Below, piece after piece: positions 9,574 to 18,476 of a stretch of DNA of 64,000 nucleotides. The notes under the pieces were generated by a model. That model worked only from the letters and a program-made list of their open reading frames with translations. It had not been told where the DNA came from and made no database searches. The DNA is from Sphingomonas sp. (lineage in GTDB: Bacteria > Pseudomonadota > Alphaproteobacteria > Sphingomonadales > Sphingomonadaceae), in assembly GCA_043778785.1 (NCBI GenBank), contig JAYWFN010000283.1, forward strand, positions 18,060 to 82,059. The letters run 5' to 3'. Each line of letters begins with the position of its first letter. Position 1 is the stretch's first letter. The position numbers and the translations under genes are program-made.

Positions 9574-9694
9574 ACTTTCCCGCAAATCCGCCGTTCCCAC
9601 GTCTGACCGAAATATGCTTTCGACGCGTTAACCATTTGTTGAAACCATTTCGGCGACAGTTTCGATTGACAATCGTCAATGGGGGTATGGGGTT

Positions 9695-9994
9695 ATGGCT
9701 TCAAGTTTCAAAAGCGCGGCGTTTCTGATCGAAAGCCGGATGAGCGACGCAGCATCGGGCGATGCCAATGCATGTTACGAACTGGGCATATCGTATTCGA
9801 GTGGATCGGGCGGCATCGACGTCGATCTGATCCAGGCGCATAAATGGTTCAATCTGGCCGCAGTCTCGGGCAACGAACGTGCGCAGGAATGCCGCGCCGA
9901 AGTCGCCGACGAAATGTCTGCACGCGAAATCGCCGAGGCGCAGCGTCAGGCCCGCGCCTGGCTCGGTGCCACACAAATGCGTCGCGCAGCCTAA
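9695..9994 (+). CDS. Sel1-repeat (TPR-like) small protein
   Basis: 99 aa. CYELGISYSSGSGGIDVDLIQAHKWFNLAAVSGNERAQ fits the Sel1 repeat pattern. Confidence 0.6.
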   Translation: MASSFKSAAFLIESRMSDAASGDANACYELGISYSSGSGGIDVDLIQAHKWFNLAAVSGNERAQECRAEVADEMSAREIAEAQRQARAWLGATQMRRAA

Positions 9995-11124
9995 ACGTCT
10001 TTCTTGAACGGGGCCATCGCCCCCAGAAATTCGATCTGGCGTTCGACCGCGCGCCGTTCGCGCGTCAGAAAATCGGCGATGGCGCGGCGAAAGTTCGGAT
10101 CGGGAATATAATGCGCTGACCAGGTCGGCACGGGGACATAGCCGCGCGCGAGCTTGTGTTCGCCCTGCGCGCCGGCCTCGACAGTCTTCAGCCCGCGCGC
10201 AATCGCGGCATCGATGGCTTGGTAATAGCAGAGTTCAAAGTGCAGGAACGGCACATCTTCGGTGCAGCCCCAGTAGCGCCCGTAAAGTGTCTCCGTGCCA
10301 ATGAAGTTCAGCGCCCCGGCAATCGGCACACCATCACGCAGCGCAAGGATCAACAGGATCTTGTCGGGCATTGTCACCCCGATTTCGGAGAAAAACGCGC
10401 GCGTCAGATAGGGCTGCCCCCATTTGCGCATCCCCGTATCCTGATAAAAGCGCCAGAAGATGCTCCAGTGCGCCTCGGTAATGTCCGCGCCGCTGATATG
10501 GACAATCTCGAGGCCTTCGACAGCGCCAGCGCGCTCCTTGCGGATTGCCTTGCGCTTTCGTGATGCCAATGCACCGAGAAAATCGTCGAAGCAGGTGTAG
10601 CCGTCATTCGCCCAGTGGAACTGTGTCCCCTCGCGGATCAGCCAGTCGCCCGCTTCGAACAGATCGACCTGATCGGGCGCGATGAAATTGGCATGAACCG
10701 ACGACAGGCCATTCTGCGTCGTCAGCACTTCGGCGGCTGCAATCAGCCCGCGTGCAACGGTCAAATCCTGTGCCAACACGCGCGGTCCCGGCACCGGGCT
10801 GAATGGCACCGCAATAACGAGCTTGGGGTAATATCGCCCGCCTGCATGTTCATAAGCATCGGCCCAGCTATGGTCGAAAACATATTCGCCCTGGCTGTGA
10901 CTTTTCACATAGGCCGGGAGCACACCTGCAAGCGCACCATCTTCGGCATCGATGGCAATTGGCACGGGTTGCCAACCCGTCCGCGTCGTCGCGCTGCCCG
11001 ATGTTTCGAGTGCCGACAGAAAAGCATGGCTGACAAAGGGATTGGCATTGCCTGCGCAAGCATCCCAAGCGGCGGCGTCAAAGCTCGCCACGCCATCACC
11101 AACGCGCGCCACGACATCCTTCAT
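9991..11124 (-). CDS. GNAT-fold protein of the DUF482/COG3146 (FemAB-like) family
   Basis: 377 aa. AAWDACAGNANPFVSHAFLSALETSGSATTRTGWQPVPIAI is the characteristic N-terminus of this family as I recall it. Confidence 0.7.
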   Translation of the reverse strand: MKDVVARVGDGVASFDAAAWDACAGNANPFVSHAFLSALETSGSATTRTGWQPVPIAIDAEDGALAGVLPAYVKSHSQGEYVFDHSWADAYEHAGGRYYPKLVIAVPFSPVPGPRVLAQDLTVARGLIAAAEVLTTQNGLSSVHANFIAPDQVDLFEAGDWLIREGTQFHWANDGYTCFDDFLGALASRKRKAIRKERAGAVEGLEIVHISGADITEAHWSIFWRFYQDTGMRKWGQPYLTRAFFSEIGVTMPDKILLILALRDGVPIAGALNFIGTETLYGRYWGCTEDVPFLHFELCYYQAIDAAIARGLKTVEAGAQGEHKLARGYVPVPTWSAHYIPDPNFRRAIADFLTRERRAVERQIEFLGAMAPFKKDV

Positions 11125-11885
11125 GCGGGCTTTTCGTAAATCGCTTCATCGGCATGGGCAAAGGCGCGGCGCTCGGCCTCAGAATCGCGCACTGTCCATG
11201 TCAGCACCGGAATGCCCCGCGCCCGCGCCGCGCCTGCGAATTTCGACGGCAAATCGCGGACGTCGTAGGCGAGAAAATCGGGCTTTGCTTTTGCCATCGA
11301 GAGCCACCGCTCGATCACGCCTTTCACTCCGGTCTTGCCTTCTTCGCTGACCACCAGTCCGCGCACGACCCGCGCTGCATTTTCGGCAAACCACGCGCCG
11401 ACCAGTGGATTGAACGACATGATTGCGGCATCCCCGCGATATCCTTCGAGCGCGCGGCGCACCGACAGGCAAAGTGGCGCAACGCGCGGCCCCTTCGTTT
11501 TGATCTCGATCAGCACAGGGACTTGGCCGCCGATCAGCGCCAGTATTTCGGGCAGTTGCGCGATCGTCTCGCTGGTGCCTCGCAACGTAACTTTGCCCAG
11601 TTCGGCAGGCGTGTGCGCGGCAAGCTCGCCGGTCGACTCCGTCAGCCGCTCCAGCGTTGCGTCATGAAACACCATCGCCTCGCCGTCGCGCGCACCCTGG
11701 ACATCGGTCTCGATCCCGTGGCCCAGCGCGATTGCCGCTCGGAACGCTGCCCGGCTGTTTTCGATCACGGCGCCACCATGCAATCCACGGTGCGCGTAAG
11801 GCTGCGCTTTCAGAAACGCCACGCGAGTCGGCGCGGGTGCTGGCGCGATCAGGCCCTCAAGCGGGGCGAACAGCGACAATGGCAT
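11121..11885 (-). CDS. Glycerophosphodiester phosphodiesterase family protein
   Basis: YAHRGLHGGAVIENSRAAFRAAIALGHGIETDVQ is the GDPD catalytic region. I chose the start at the third ATG (11885), which limits overlap with the upstream RidA gene to 29 nt. The track ORF extends to 11960. Confidence 0.75.
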   Translation of the reverse strand: MPLSLFAPLEGLIAPAPAPTRVAFLKAQPYAHRGLHGGAVIENSRAAFRAAIALGHGIETDVQGARDGEAMVFHDATLERLTESTGELAAHTPAELGKVTLRGTSETIAQLPEILALIGGQVPVLIEIKTKGPRVAPLCLSVRRALEGYRGDAAIMSFNPLVGAWFAENAARVVRGLVVSEEGKTGVKGVIERWLSMAKAKPDFLAYDVRDLPSKFAGAARARGIPVLTWTVRDSEAERRAFAHADEAIYEKPA

Positions 11886-12324
11886 CAACCTCCACCATCG
11901 CGCCGCGCGGCAACACGGGCACGCCAACGGCCGCACGGGCATGTTTTCCGGCCTCGCCAAAAAGTGCGACCATCAGCGACGACGCACCATCGGCAACTTT
12001 GGGCTGATCGGTGAAGCGATCGTTGCTTGCCACAAAGACGCCGAGGCGCACAATCCGTTCAACACGCGAAAGATCGCCAAGTGCCGCTTTCAGTTGCGCG
12101 ACGATCATCAGCGCACAGGCCTGCGCCGCTTCCTGACCGGCGGCAACATCGCGATCATCGCCCAAGCGACCGACCATGACCTCGCCATTCTTGAACGGCA
12201 GCTGGCCCGAGACGAACAGCATCCCGTTCACTTCGACTGTCGGCACATAGTCGGCCACCGGCGCCGCAGCGAGGGGCAGCGTGAGGTTCAGCGCGGCAAG
12301 CGCGTCACTGATGTTTTGGGTCAT
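11857..12324 (-). CDS. RidA/YjgF family reactive-intermediate deaminase
   Basis: Has GMLFVSGQLPF... and a C-terminal PRGAMVEVDAIVAV typical of RidA. I chose the start at MTQNISDALA (12324); the track ORF extends to 12366. Confidence 0.75.
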   Translation of the reverse strand: MTQNISDALAALNLTLPLAAAPVADYVPTVEVNGMLFVSGQLPFKNGEVMVGRLGDDRDVAAGQEAAQACALMIVAQLKAALGDLSRVERIVRLGVFVASNDRFTDQPKVADGASSLMVALFGEAGKHARAAVGVPVLPRGAMVEVDAIVAVRPA

Positions 12325-12402
12325 GGCGATCACAAAGCGCAAGGCAGGGCGGCGGTCAAGACGCATCTTTGATTGTTAGGCGAAGCGCTCTATCTAGGGC
12401 GC

Positions 12403-12768
12403 ATGGCCATCCTGCCCCGTCCATCCTCGCCGCTTGCCGCCTGGCGCGATTTCCGCGACGTCGTGCGCGCCCCGCGCAAGCACAAGATCGTGTTTGCCGC
12501 ACTATCACTGACGCTGCCGATGGGCATTTTCTGGGCGATGATCCGCGAGGCGAAGATCGACGAAGTGTGGACCCCGCCGACCATCATCTATGTCAAGCAA
12601 TGGCCCGCCAGCCGCACCGCCGCCGCAGTGCGCGCGCAACAGGCCAGGGACTTGCCCGCCGAGCTCGCCGCCAAGAAAGAACGCGAGGATGCCGCCGAAG
12701 CACAGCGTCAGGCCTATCGCCGCCTTGCCAACAACATGGGCATCGACGTCGACAAGCAGCGCAAATGA
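12403..12768 (+). CDS. Hypothetical single-pass membrane protein upstream of ribD
   Basis: MAILPRPSSPLAAWRDFRD..., one hydrophobic helix (IVFAALSLTLPMGIFWAMI) and a charged tail. Its TGA overlaps the ribD ATG (ATGA). I recognise no family. Confidence 0.5.
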   Translation: MAILPRPSSPLAAWRDFRDVVRAPRKHKIVFAALSLTLPMGIFWAMIREAKIDEVWTPPTIIYVKQWPASRTAAAVRAQQARDLPAELAAKKEREDAAEAQRQAYRRLANNMGIDVDKQRK

Positions 12769-13793
12769 ACGACGACGCGCGCTGGATGGGCGCCGCGATT
12801 GCTCTGGCGTCTAGGGGGCGAGGGCGGACATGGCCCAATCCCAATGTCGGCTGCGTCATTGCCAGCAACGGTCGCGTTGCCGGGCGCGGCGTAACAGCGG
12901 CGGGCGGGCGGCCGCATGCCGAAGCCATTGCCCTTGCGCAGGCGGGGAACGCCGCAAAAGGCGCGACGCTTTACACAACGCTCGAGCCCTGCGCGCATAC
13001 CAGTGAACGCGGGCCGACCTGTAGCGACCTGATCGTCGACTCGGGTATTGCGCGCGTCGTTATCGCTGTCCGTGATCCCGATCCGCGCACCGACGGCAAC
13101 GGTGCTGCCCGGCTGCGTCGTGCCGGTGTCGAGGTTGCGGAAGGTGTTGAAACTGCGGACGCTTTCCGTGCAATGGCGGGATTTCTGACCCGCCAGCGCC
13201 TCGGCCGTCCGCACGTGACGCTTAAACTGGCGCTGTCGCTTGATGGCTGTATCGCCCGCGCCGATGGCGAAAGCCAGTGGATCACGGGCCCGCAAGCACG
13301 CGCGCACGGGCATCTCGAACGGTCGCGCGTCGAAGCGATACTGGTCGGGCGAGGAACATATGAGGCCGATGCGCCGCAGCTTGACGTCCGGCTGGCGGGA
13401 CTGGAGGGGCGGAGTCCGGCGCGTTATATCCTTACCCGTCACCCCCGCGAAGGCGGGGGTCCAACGCCCAATATCGAGCCTCTGGCGTTGGATTCCCGCC
13501 TTCGCGGGAATGACGAATGGGGGTGGGTGTCAAATCCTCAAGCCATCGCTTCTATCGCCGCCGACCACCTCCTCATTGAAGGCGGCGCTGGCGCAGCATC
13601 GGCATTTCTTGCAGTGGACCTCGTTGACCGCCTCCTGATCTACCGCGCCCCGATCCTGATCGGCGGGGGCAAGCCTGCGCTCGCCGACATTGGTCTGACA
13701 ACGCTGTCAGACGCGCATGGCCGGTGGCGCCTCACTGATTCGCGCATGCTTGGCGCGGACCGGCTCGACATTTACGACCGGGTGCGGGAATAA
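12765..13793 (+). CDS. ribD: Bifunctional riboflavin biosynthesis deaminase/reductase RibD, carrying an in-frame repeat insertion
   Basis: MNDDARWMGAAIALASRGRGRTWPNPNVGCVIA, the zinc motifs HAE and PCAHTSERGPTC, and the reductase part LKLALSLDGCIARADGESQWITGPQAR ... LLIEGGAGAASAFL. The track ORF (from 12369) has a spurious N-terminal extension. Confidence 0.9.
   Translation: MNDDARWMGAAIALASRGRGRTWPNPNVGCVIASNGRVAGRGVTAAGGRPHAEAIALAQAGNAAKGATLYTTLEPCAHTSERGPTCSDLIVDSGIARVVIAVRDPDPRTDGNGAARLRRAGVEVAEGVETADAFRAMAGFLTRQRLGRPHVTLKLALSLDGCIARADGESQWITGPQARAHGHLERSRVEAILVGRGTYEADAPQLDVRLAGLEGRSPARYILTRHPREGGGPTPNIEPLALDSRLRGNDEWGWVSNPQAIASIAADHLLIEGGAGAASAFLAVDLVDRLLIYRAPILIGGGKPALADIGLTTLSDAHGRWRLTDSRMLGADRLDIYDRVRE
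13437..13515. repeat. MITE-like palindromic element, family 2, copy A, inside the ribD reading frame
   Basis: 32-nt arms: CGTCACCCCCGCGAAGGCGGGGGTCCAACGCC / (reverse complement) CGTCATTCCCGCGAAGGCGGGAATCCAACGCC, around the core CAATATCGAGCCTCT. It is translated as RHPREGGGPTPNIEPLALDSRLRGND. An almost identical copy is intergenic at 14440-14518. Confidence 0.85.
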
Positions 13794-13799
13794 GGGCGC

Positions 13800-14408
13800 A
13801 TGTTTACTGGCATTATCACCGATATCGGCACGATCCGCAGCGCGGAACAGCGCGGCGACCTGCGCCTCGTGATCGAAACCGCTTATGACACGACAACAGT
13901 GGCGATCGGCGCATCGATTGCCTGTTCGGGCGCATGCATGACGGTTGTCGACAAGGGACCAGGCTGGTTTGCGGTGGATATGTCGGGCGAAAGCGTGTCG
14001 TGCACAGCGTCAGGAATGTGGACTGCTGGAGGCCGGCTCAATCTCGAACGCGCGATGAAAATCGGCGACGAGCTCGGCGGCCATATCGTGACGGGCCATG
14101 TCGACGGCATCGGCCATATTATCGCCTTCGACAAAGTTGGCGATTCGTGGCGCGTCGTCATCGCAGCGCCCGACGCTGTTGCGCCCTATGTGGCGGCGAA
14201 AGGATCCATCACGGTCGACGGCGTGTCGCTGACCGTCAATGACGTGACCGACCAGCCCGACGGGACAGCCCATTTCACGCTGAACATCATCCCGCATACC
14301 GCCGCGATGACGACGCTGGGCGGCCTGAAAGCAGGCACGCCGGTGAATCTGGAGATCGACATCCTCGCGCGCTATTTGGCACGGATGCAATCGCGGCTGG
14401 CACGCTAG
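13800..14408 (+). CDS. ribE: Riboflavin synthase (alpha chain)
   Basis: 202 aa. Has MFTGIITDIGTI, the internal duplicated barrel (GGHIVTGHVDG) and GVSLTVNDV. Confidence 0.9.
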   Translation: MFTGIITDIGTIRSAEQRGDLRLVIETAYDTTTVAIGASIACSGACMTVVDKGPGWFAVDMSGESVSCTASGMWTAGGRLNLERAMKIGDELGGHIVTGHVDGIGHIIAFDKVGDSWRVVIAAPDAVAPYVAAKGSITVDGVSLTVNDVTDQPDGTAHFTLNIIPHTAAMTTLGGLKAGTPVNLEIDILARYLARMQSRLAR

Positions 14409-14439
14409 AGCTTATGATTTTTGATTGATCCATACTTCT

Positions 14440-14518
14440 CGTCCTTCCCGCGAAGGCGGGAATCCAACGCCCAATATCGAGCCTCAGGAATTGGACCCCC
14501 GCCTTCGCGGGGGTGACG
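14440..14518. repeat. MITE-like palindromic element, family 2, copy B (intergenic, between convergent ribE and SURF1)
   Basis: CGTCCTTCCCGCGAAGGCGGGAATCCAACGCC-CAATATCGAGCCTCA-GGAATTGGACCCCCGCCTTCGCGGGGGTGACG. Same length (79 bp) and same core orientation as copy A. Confidence 0.85.
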
Positions 14519-14550
14519 AAGTTGGCGAATCAACTTAAAGTCATCACGCG

Positions 14551-15171
14551 TTAAACCTTCACCCGCCGCCAGAGCGCAATCGCATAAATTATCAGTGCGA
14601 TCGCGGCGAACAGGAACCATTGCACCGCATAGGCAAGATGATTGTTCGAAACGCCCGCGGCGCTGGGTGGTGCGCTCGCTGCCAAGCCCTTCGCCGGCAC
14701 ATCGGCGACGAGCATCGGGCGCAGCGGTGGTGCGCTGCCGAAGGCGCGACCGATCAGGCTCGTTTGATTAGGCTCGGTCGTGATCAGGCCATCGACCGTG
14801 CCGCCCGTCCACGCCGGTTTGACCGTCGGGTCGGCGGCGACGCCCATGTCGATCAGCGCGCCCGGGCCTTCGCTGCCGGTCACGCATTCGGCGATGTGGC
14901 GGTATCCACCTTGCCCGGTCGGCGTCGCACCGCCCGTCACGCGCCAGCCCGTCACGCGCAGACAGGTCACCCGGCTTTTACGAAACATCGCTTCGTCCGC
15001 GACCGGCGCGCGTTCGGGATAGGCCATTGGCGGCAAATTGCGGTTTGCGGCATAGCGCGCGATCAGCGCTTCTTTCTCGACACGGCGCTGGAGTTGCCAG
15101 ACGCCGAGCGCGATCATGGCGGCAACTGCGATCAGGACCAGCAACGTCGGGAGGGCCGGCAAGCGCTTCAT
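14551..15171 (-). CDS. SURF1-family cytochrome oxidase assembly protein
   Basis: 206 aa. Has an N-terminal TM helix followed by GVWQLQRRVEKEALI, and a C-terminal NNHLAYAVQWFLFAAIALIIY, which is the SURF1 signature. Confidence 0.85.
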   Translation of the reverse strand: MKRLPALPTLLVLIAVAAMIALGVWQLQRRVEKEALIARYAANRNLPPMAYPERAPVADEAMFRKSRVTCLRVTGWRVTGGATPTGQGGYRHIAECVTGSEGPGALIDMGVAADPTVKPAWTGGTVDGLITTEPNQTSLIGRAFGSAPPLRPMLVADVPAKGLAASAPPSAAGVSNNHLAYAVQWFLFAAIALIIYAIALWRRVKV

Positions 15172-15494
15172 TTGCGATATTCCGACTGGAGCAGCGCGGC
15201 TTTACCGACGCGCAGACCGCCGATGACAAGCGCCAGCGCGAGCACGGGCCAGATCAGGATGTGCACCCAAAACGGCGGTTCGGCGCTCAACTGCAAACTC
15301 ACCGCACCGATCACGATAATCGCGCCGACAATCAGCGTCAGGAACGCTGCGGGGCCATCGCCGACATTGAACACCGTGAAATCGAGCCCGCAGGCGCGGC
15401 ACTTTGGCGCGAAATCGATCCATCCGCCGAACAACGTCGCCGCCTCGCATTTCGGGCATTGGCCTTTAAGTGCGGCAATGAAGCGCGGCGCCAT
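15168..15494 (-). CDS. DUF983 zinc-ribbon membrane protein (commonly linked to cta clusters)
   Basis: MAPRFIAALKGQCPKCEAATLFGGWIDFAPKCRACGLDF followed by two TM helices. The ATG at 15494 overlaps the upstream stop; the track ORF is over-extended to 15674. Confidence 0.7.
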   Translation of the reverse strand: MAPRFIAALKGQCPKCEAATLFGGWIDFAPKCRACGLDFTVFNVGDGPAAFLTLIVGAIIVIGAVSLQLSAEPPFWVHILIWPVLALALVIGGLRVGKAALLQSEYRK

Positions 15495-15997
15495 CAAGCG
15501 CGCCCGACACACCACGGATCGGGTTGCAGATCGACGGGTGGCCCCCCGAGAGCGGGGTTGGGAAAGCGCGCCTTGAACGTAAACGCCTGCGCGCTCGGGC
15601 CAAAGCGGTCGAGCATCCACAAGCGCGAGAGCGCATCGTTGACCGTCGGTATCGTCCCCGCCGGAATCCACCACAGCGCCTGATACGCGCCGTCATAGCG
15701 ATCAAAATAGTCGCGGCGGCGCGCCATTTCGGGGGTGTGCGCACTGCGATAGACGAAATCAAACAATGATTCGGCATCGATCCAGACCGACATGTTGATC
15801 GCCAACAGGGGGTCAGGCGAATAGCTGATCGCCGTTGCGTTGCCGCTTTCGTCCTGGAGTCGCCAGACGAAACCCGGCGACACGTCGGCCAGCGCATTGA
15901 CCCGGTCGAGCGCATCGAAGAACGGCACGACGCGCGGATCGAGCATTGCGGCAATCAGACGGCCGACGTTGACCTGAGCAAGGTGCCAGCCGGTCAC
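15494..15997 (-). CDS. DUF3291-domain protein
   Basis: 167 aa. HLAQVNVGRLIAAMLDPRVVPFFDALDRVNALADVSPGFVWRLQDE matches my recollection of DUF3291. Its GTG start directly abuts the ctaE stop (TAAGTG). Confidence 0.65.
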   Translation of the reverse strand: MTGWHLAQVNVGRLIAAMLDPRVVPFFDALDRVNALADVSPGFVWRLQDESGNATAISYSPDPLLAINMSVWIDAESLFDFVYRSAHTPEMARRRDYFDRYDGAYQALWWIPAGTIPTVNDALSRLWMLDRFGPSAQAFTFKARFPNPALGGPPVDLQPDPWCVGRA

Positions 15998-16846
15998 TTA
16001 TCCGCCGTGGACCGGCGCGCCCCAACCGCCCCAGACATAGATGGCGACGAAGAGGAACAGCCACACGACATCGACGAAATGCCAGTACCAGGCCGCTGCT
16101 TCAAAGCCGAAATGCTGGCGCGGCGTGAAGTCGCCGTTGTAGGCGCGCTTCAGACAGACGGCGAGGAAGATTGTCCCGACGAGCACATGGAAGCCGTGAA
16201 ACCCCGTCGCCATGAAGAAGGCCGCGCCATAGTTGGTGCCCGCAAAACCGAAGGGTGCGTGGATATATTCATAAGCCTGAATGCTGGTGAACAGCGCACC
16301 GAGAATGATCGTCGCCCACAGGCCGTTTTTCAGGCCGTCGCGGTTGCCGTGAATCAGCTCATGATGCGCCCATGTGACTGTTGTGCCCGAGCAGAGCAGG
16401 ATCAGCGTATTGAGCAATGGGAAGTGGAACGGATCGATGACTTCGATACCCTTTGGCGGCCAAGTCGCCGCGGTTTCACCTAAAGTTACGGCTCCTTCGG
16501 ACACCGACATCGCCACGGGGAACAGCGAAAAATCGAACCACGCCCAGAACCAGCCAACGAAGAACATGACTTCGGAAGCAATGAACAGGATCATGCCGTA
16601 GCGCAGATGAAGCGAGACGACCGGCGTATGATCGCCGGCATTGGCTTCACGGATCACGTTCGCCCACCAGCTGTACATGGTGTAAAGCACCGCCGCGAGG
16701 CCCGCAAAGAACACATACCCACCGAACGGTGCCTTGTGCATCCACATGATCGCGCCTGCCGCCATGATCAACGAGGAAAACGCGCCGATCAACGGCCACG
16801 GATCGGGCGGCAGAATATGATATTCGTGGTTCTTGGCACCGGACAT
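15998..16846 (-). CDS. ctaE: Cytochrome c oxidase subunit III
   Basis: 282 aa. Has HEYHILPPDPWPLIGAFS, multiple TM segments, and FGFEAAAWYWHFVDVVWLFLF near the C-terminus. Confidence 0.92.
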   Translation of the reverse strand: MSGAKNHEYHILPPDPWPLIGAFSSLIMAAGAIMWMHKAPFGGYVFFAGLAAVLYTMYSWWANVIREANAGDHTPVVSLHLRYGMILFIASEVMFFVGWFWAWFDFSLFPVAMSVSEGAVTLGETAATWPPKGIEVIDPFHFPLLNTLILLCSGTTVTWAHHELIHGNRDGLKNGLWATIILGALFTSIQAYEYIHAPFGFAGTNYGAAFFMATGFHGFHVLVGTIFLAVCLKRAYNGDFTPRQHFGFEAAAWYWHFVDVVWLFLFVAIYVWGGWGAPVHGG

Positions 16847-16880
16847 CGGGTCGTTCCTCGGATCGATAGTGTGTTGGCGA

Positions 16881-17432
16881 TTAACCCGTCTTTTTAGACG
16901 CGTCTACGGGATAGAAAGTATAGGACAGCGTGATCGCGCGGACATCGTTTGCCAGTGGATCCTCAAGGATCGAGGGCTGCACGAAAAAGATCACGGGCAT
17001 CCGCACGGTCTGTCCCGGGGCCAGCGTCTGCTGGTTGAAACAGAAGCACTGGATTTTGGCGAAATGCGCGCCCGATTGCGTCGGCGTGACGTTATAGGTG
17101 GCGGTCCCGGTGACCGGCTTGTCCGACAGGTTGGTCGCGGTGAAAAAAGCGATGTTGCGCGCGCCGATGGTCACGGTTTGCGACGGCGCTTCGGCTTTGA
17201 ACGTCCACGGCAAGGACGACGAATGATTGGCGTCGAAATAGATTTCCATCGTTTTGCCCGCAACGGCACCGGCGGCTTTGCTCGCGCGCATTGTCGTGCC
17301 GCCATAGCCAGTGACGTTGCAGAACAGCCGGTAGAGTGGGACGCTGGCGTAACCAAGGCCAAGCATCGCCAGCGCGCCCGCCAGCGCGATCAAGGCAGTG
17401 CGGCGATTGCGGTCGGGCGCGAGCATGGTCAT
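16881..17432 (-). CDS. ctaG: Cytochrome c oxidase assembly protein CtaG/Cox11
   Basis: YASVPLYRLFCNVTGYGGTT and FAKIQCFCFNQQTL are Cox11 motifs. I chose the start at [11 protein letters not shown] (17432); the track ORF is over-extended. Confidence 0.88.
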   Translation of the reverse strand: MTMLAPDRNRRTALIALAGALAMLGLGYASVPLYRLFCNVTGYGGTTMRASKAAGAVAGKTMEIYFDANHSSSLPWTFKAEAPSQTVTIGARNIAFFTATNLSDKPVTGTATYNVTPTQSGAHFAKIQCFCFNQQTLAPGQTVRMPVIFFVQPSILEDPLANDVRAITLSYTFYPVDASKKTG

Positions 17433-17551
17433 GACGTGCTGATCCGCGCCAGCGTGATGAAGTAGAACAGCACGACCATGCCGACCAGCAGGACCGCTGT
17501 CACAATCGCGCGCGATTTGCGGCGGCGGGTGAATTCGTCGTCGGGGATCAT
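17429..17551 (-). CDS. Small (40 aa) single-pass membrane protein between ctaB and ctaG
   Basis: [40 protein letters not shown]. It has ATGA overlaps with both ctaB (upstream) and ctaG (downstream), which suggests translational coupling. Identity is not established. Confidence 0.45.
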   Translation of the reverse strand: MIPDDEFTRRRKSRAIVTAVLLVGMVVLFYFITLARISTS

Positions 17552-18456
17552 GCAAGGTTCCTGTCCACCGCAAGCGCGGCAAAGATCAAGAGGAGATAGC
17601 CAATCGAATAGATAAACAGCACCCGCTCGGGCTTCATCGTTGCGGGGGTCGGGGCATTGGCGATGAGGCACCAAGCGGTGAGCGCCACGAAGACTGCCGA
17701 GCCGACCGCAGCGATGATCCCGTAAAGCATGCCCGCAAAGCCCAATGCCCAGGGGGCAACGGCGGCCCCCGCCATCAGCACGGCATAGCCCAGCATCTGG
17801 ACCCGCGTTGTGCGGCCACCCGCAACCACCGGCAGCATCGGCACGCCGCCCTTGGCATAATCATCGCGGATCAGCAGCGCGAGCGCCCAGCTGTGCGGCG
17901 GGGTCCACAGGAAAATGATCGCAAACATCAGGACCGGCAACAGCGACACATCACCCGTGGCCGCGACCCAGCCGATCAGCGGCGGAAAAGCCCCCGCTGC
18001 GCCACCGATGACGATATTCTGCGGCGTCCGGCGCTTGAGACCAACGGTATAGACCAGTACATAGAACAGGATCGAAACGACAAGCAGCGCGGCGGCAAAG
18101 GCGTTTGCGGCAAGATACATCAGCACCACCGAAAACACACCGAGCCCAACGCCGAAATGCAGCGCGGTCTGCGCGTCGATCCGCCCTGCTGGCAGGGGCC
18201 GGTTCGCGGTGCGCTTCATCAGCGCATCGATGTCAGCCTCATACCATTGATTGAGCGCGCCCGCCGAGCCCGCCGCCAGCGCAATCGCGAGGATCGCCGC
18301 AAAGCCGAGCGCAGGCGGCAGCGCGACAGGCGCCGCGAGCATGCCGCACAGTGCGGTGAACACCACCGACCGCATGACGCGCGGCTTCGTGAGCGCGAAA
18401 AGGTCGCGCCAGTCGGCGGGGAGCGCCGGAGATTGGATAACAGTCGTTATGTTCAT
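17548..18456 (-). CDS. ctaB: Protoheme IX farnesyltransferase (heme O synthase)
   Basis: [11 protein letters not shown]..., [25 protein letters not shown], and multiple TM helices. I chose the start at MNITTV (18456), because the longer track ORF runs into repeat copy 3. Confidence 0.9.
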   Translation of the reverse strand: MNITTVIQSPALPADWRDLFALTKPRVMRSVVFTALCGMLAAPVALPPALGFAAILAIALAAGSAGALNQWYEADIDALMKRTANRPLPAGRIDAQTALHFGVGLGVFSVVLMYLAANAFAAALLVVSILFYVLVYTVGLKRRTPQNIVIGGAAGAFPPLIGWVAATGDVSLLPVLMFAIIFLWTPPHSWALALLIRDDYAKGGVPMLPVVAGGRTTRVQMLGYAVLMAGAAVAPWALGFAGMLYGIIAAVGSAVFVALTAWCLIANAPTPATMKPERVLFIYSIGYLLLIFAALAVDRNLA

Positions 18457-18476
18457 CGGAACCTTCGATCCAAAAA

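Noticed and set aside
12369-12764. 132-aa N-terminal extension of the ribD track ORF
   Set aside because: The extension is Arg/Ala-rich junk that overlaps a better ORF (12403-12768) in another frame. The canonical RibD N-terminus (MNDDARWMGAAIALA...) begins at 12765 with an ATGA coupling.
14932-14961. In-frame 15-bp tandem duplication GCCCGTCACGCGC(CA/AG) in SURF1 (peptide RVTGWRVTG). A similar 2 x 15 bp duplication lies at 29435-29464 in the AceE-like gene (APETPAPET).
   Set aside because: Both are real but small slippage-type duplications in non-conserved N-terminal or loop regions. There is no evidence of function or phase variation, since the repeats are non-homopolymeric and in frame.
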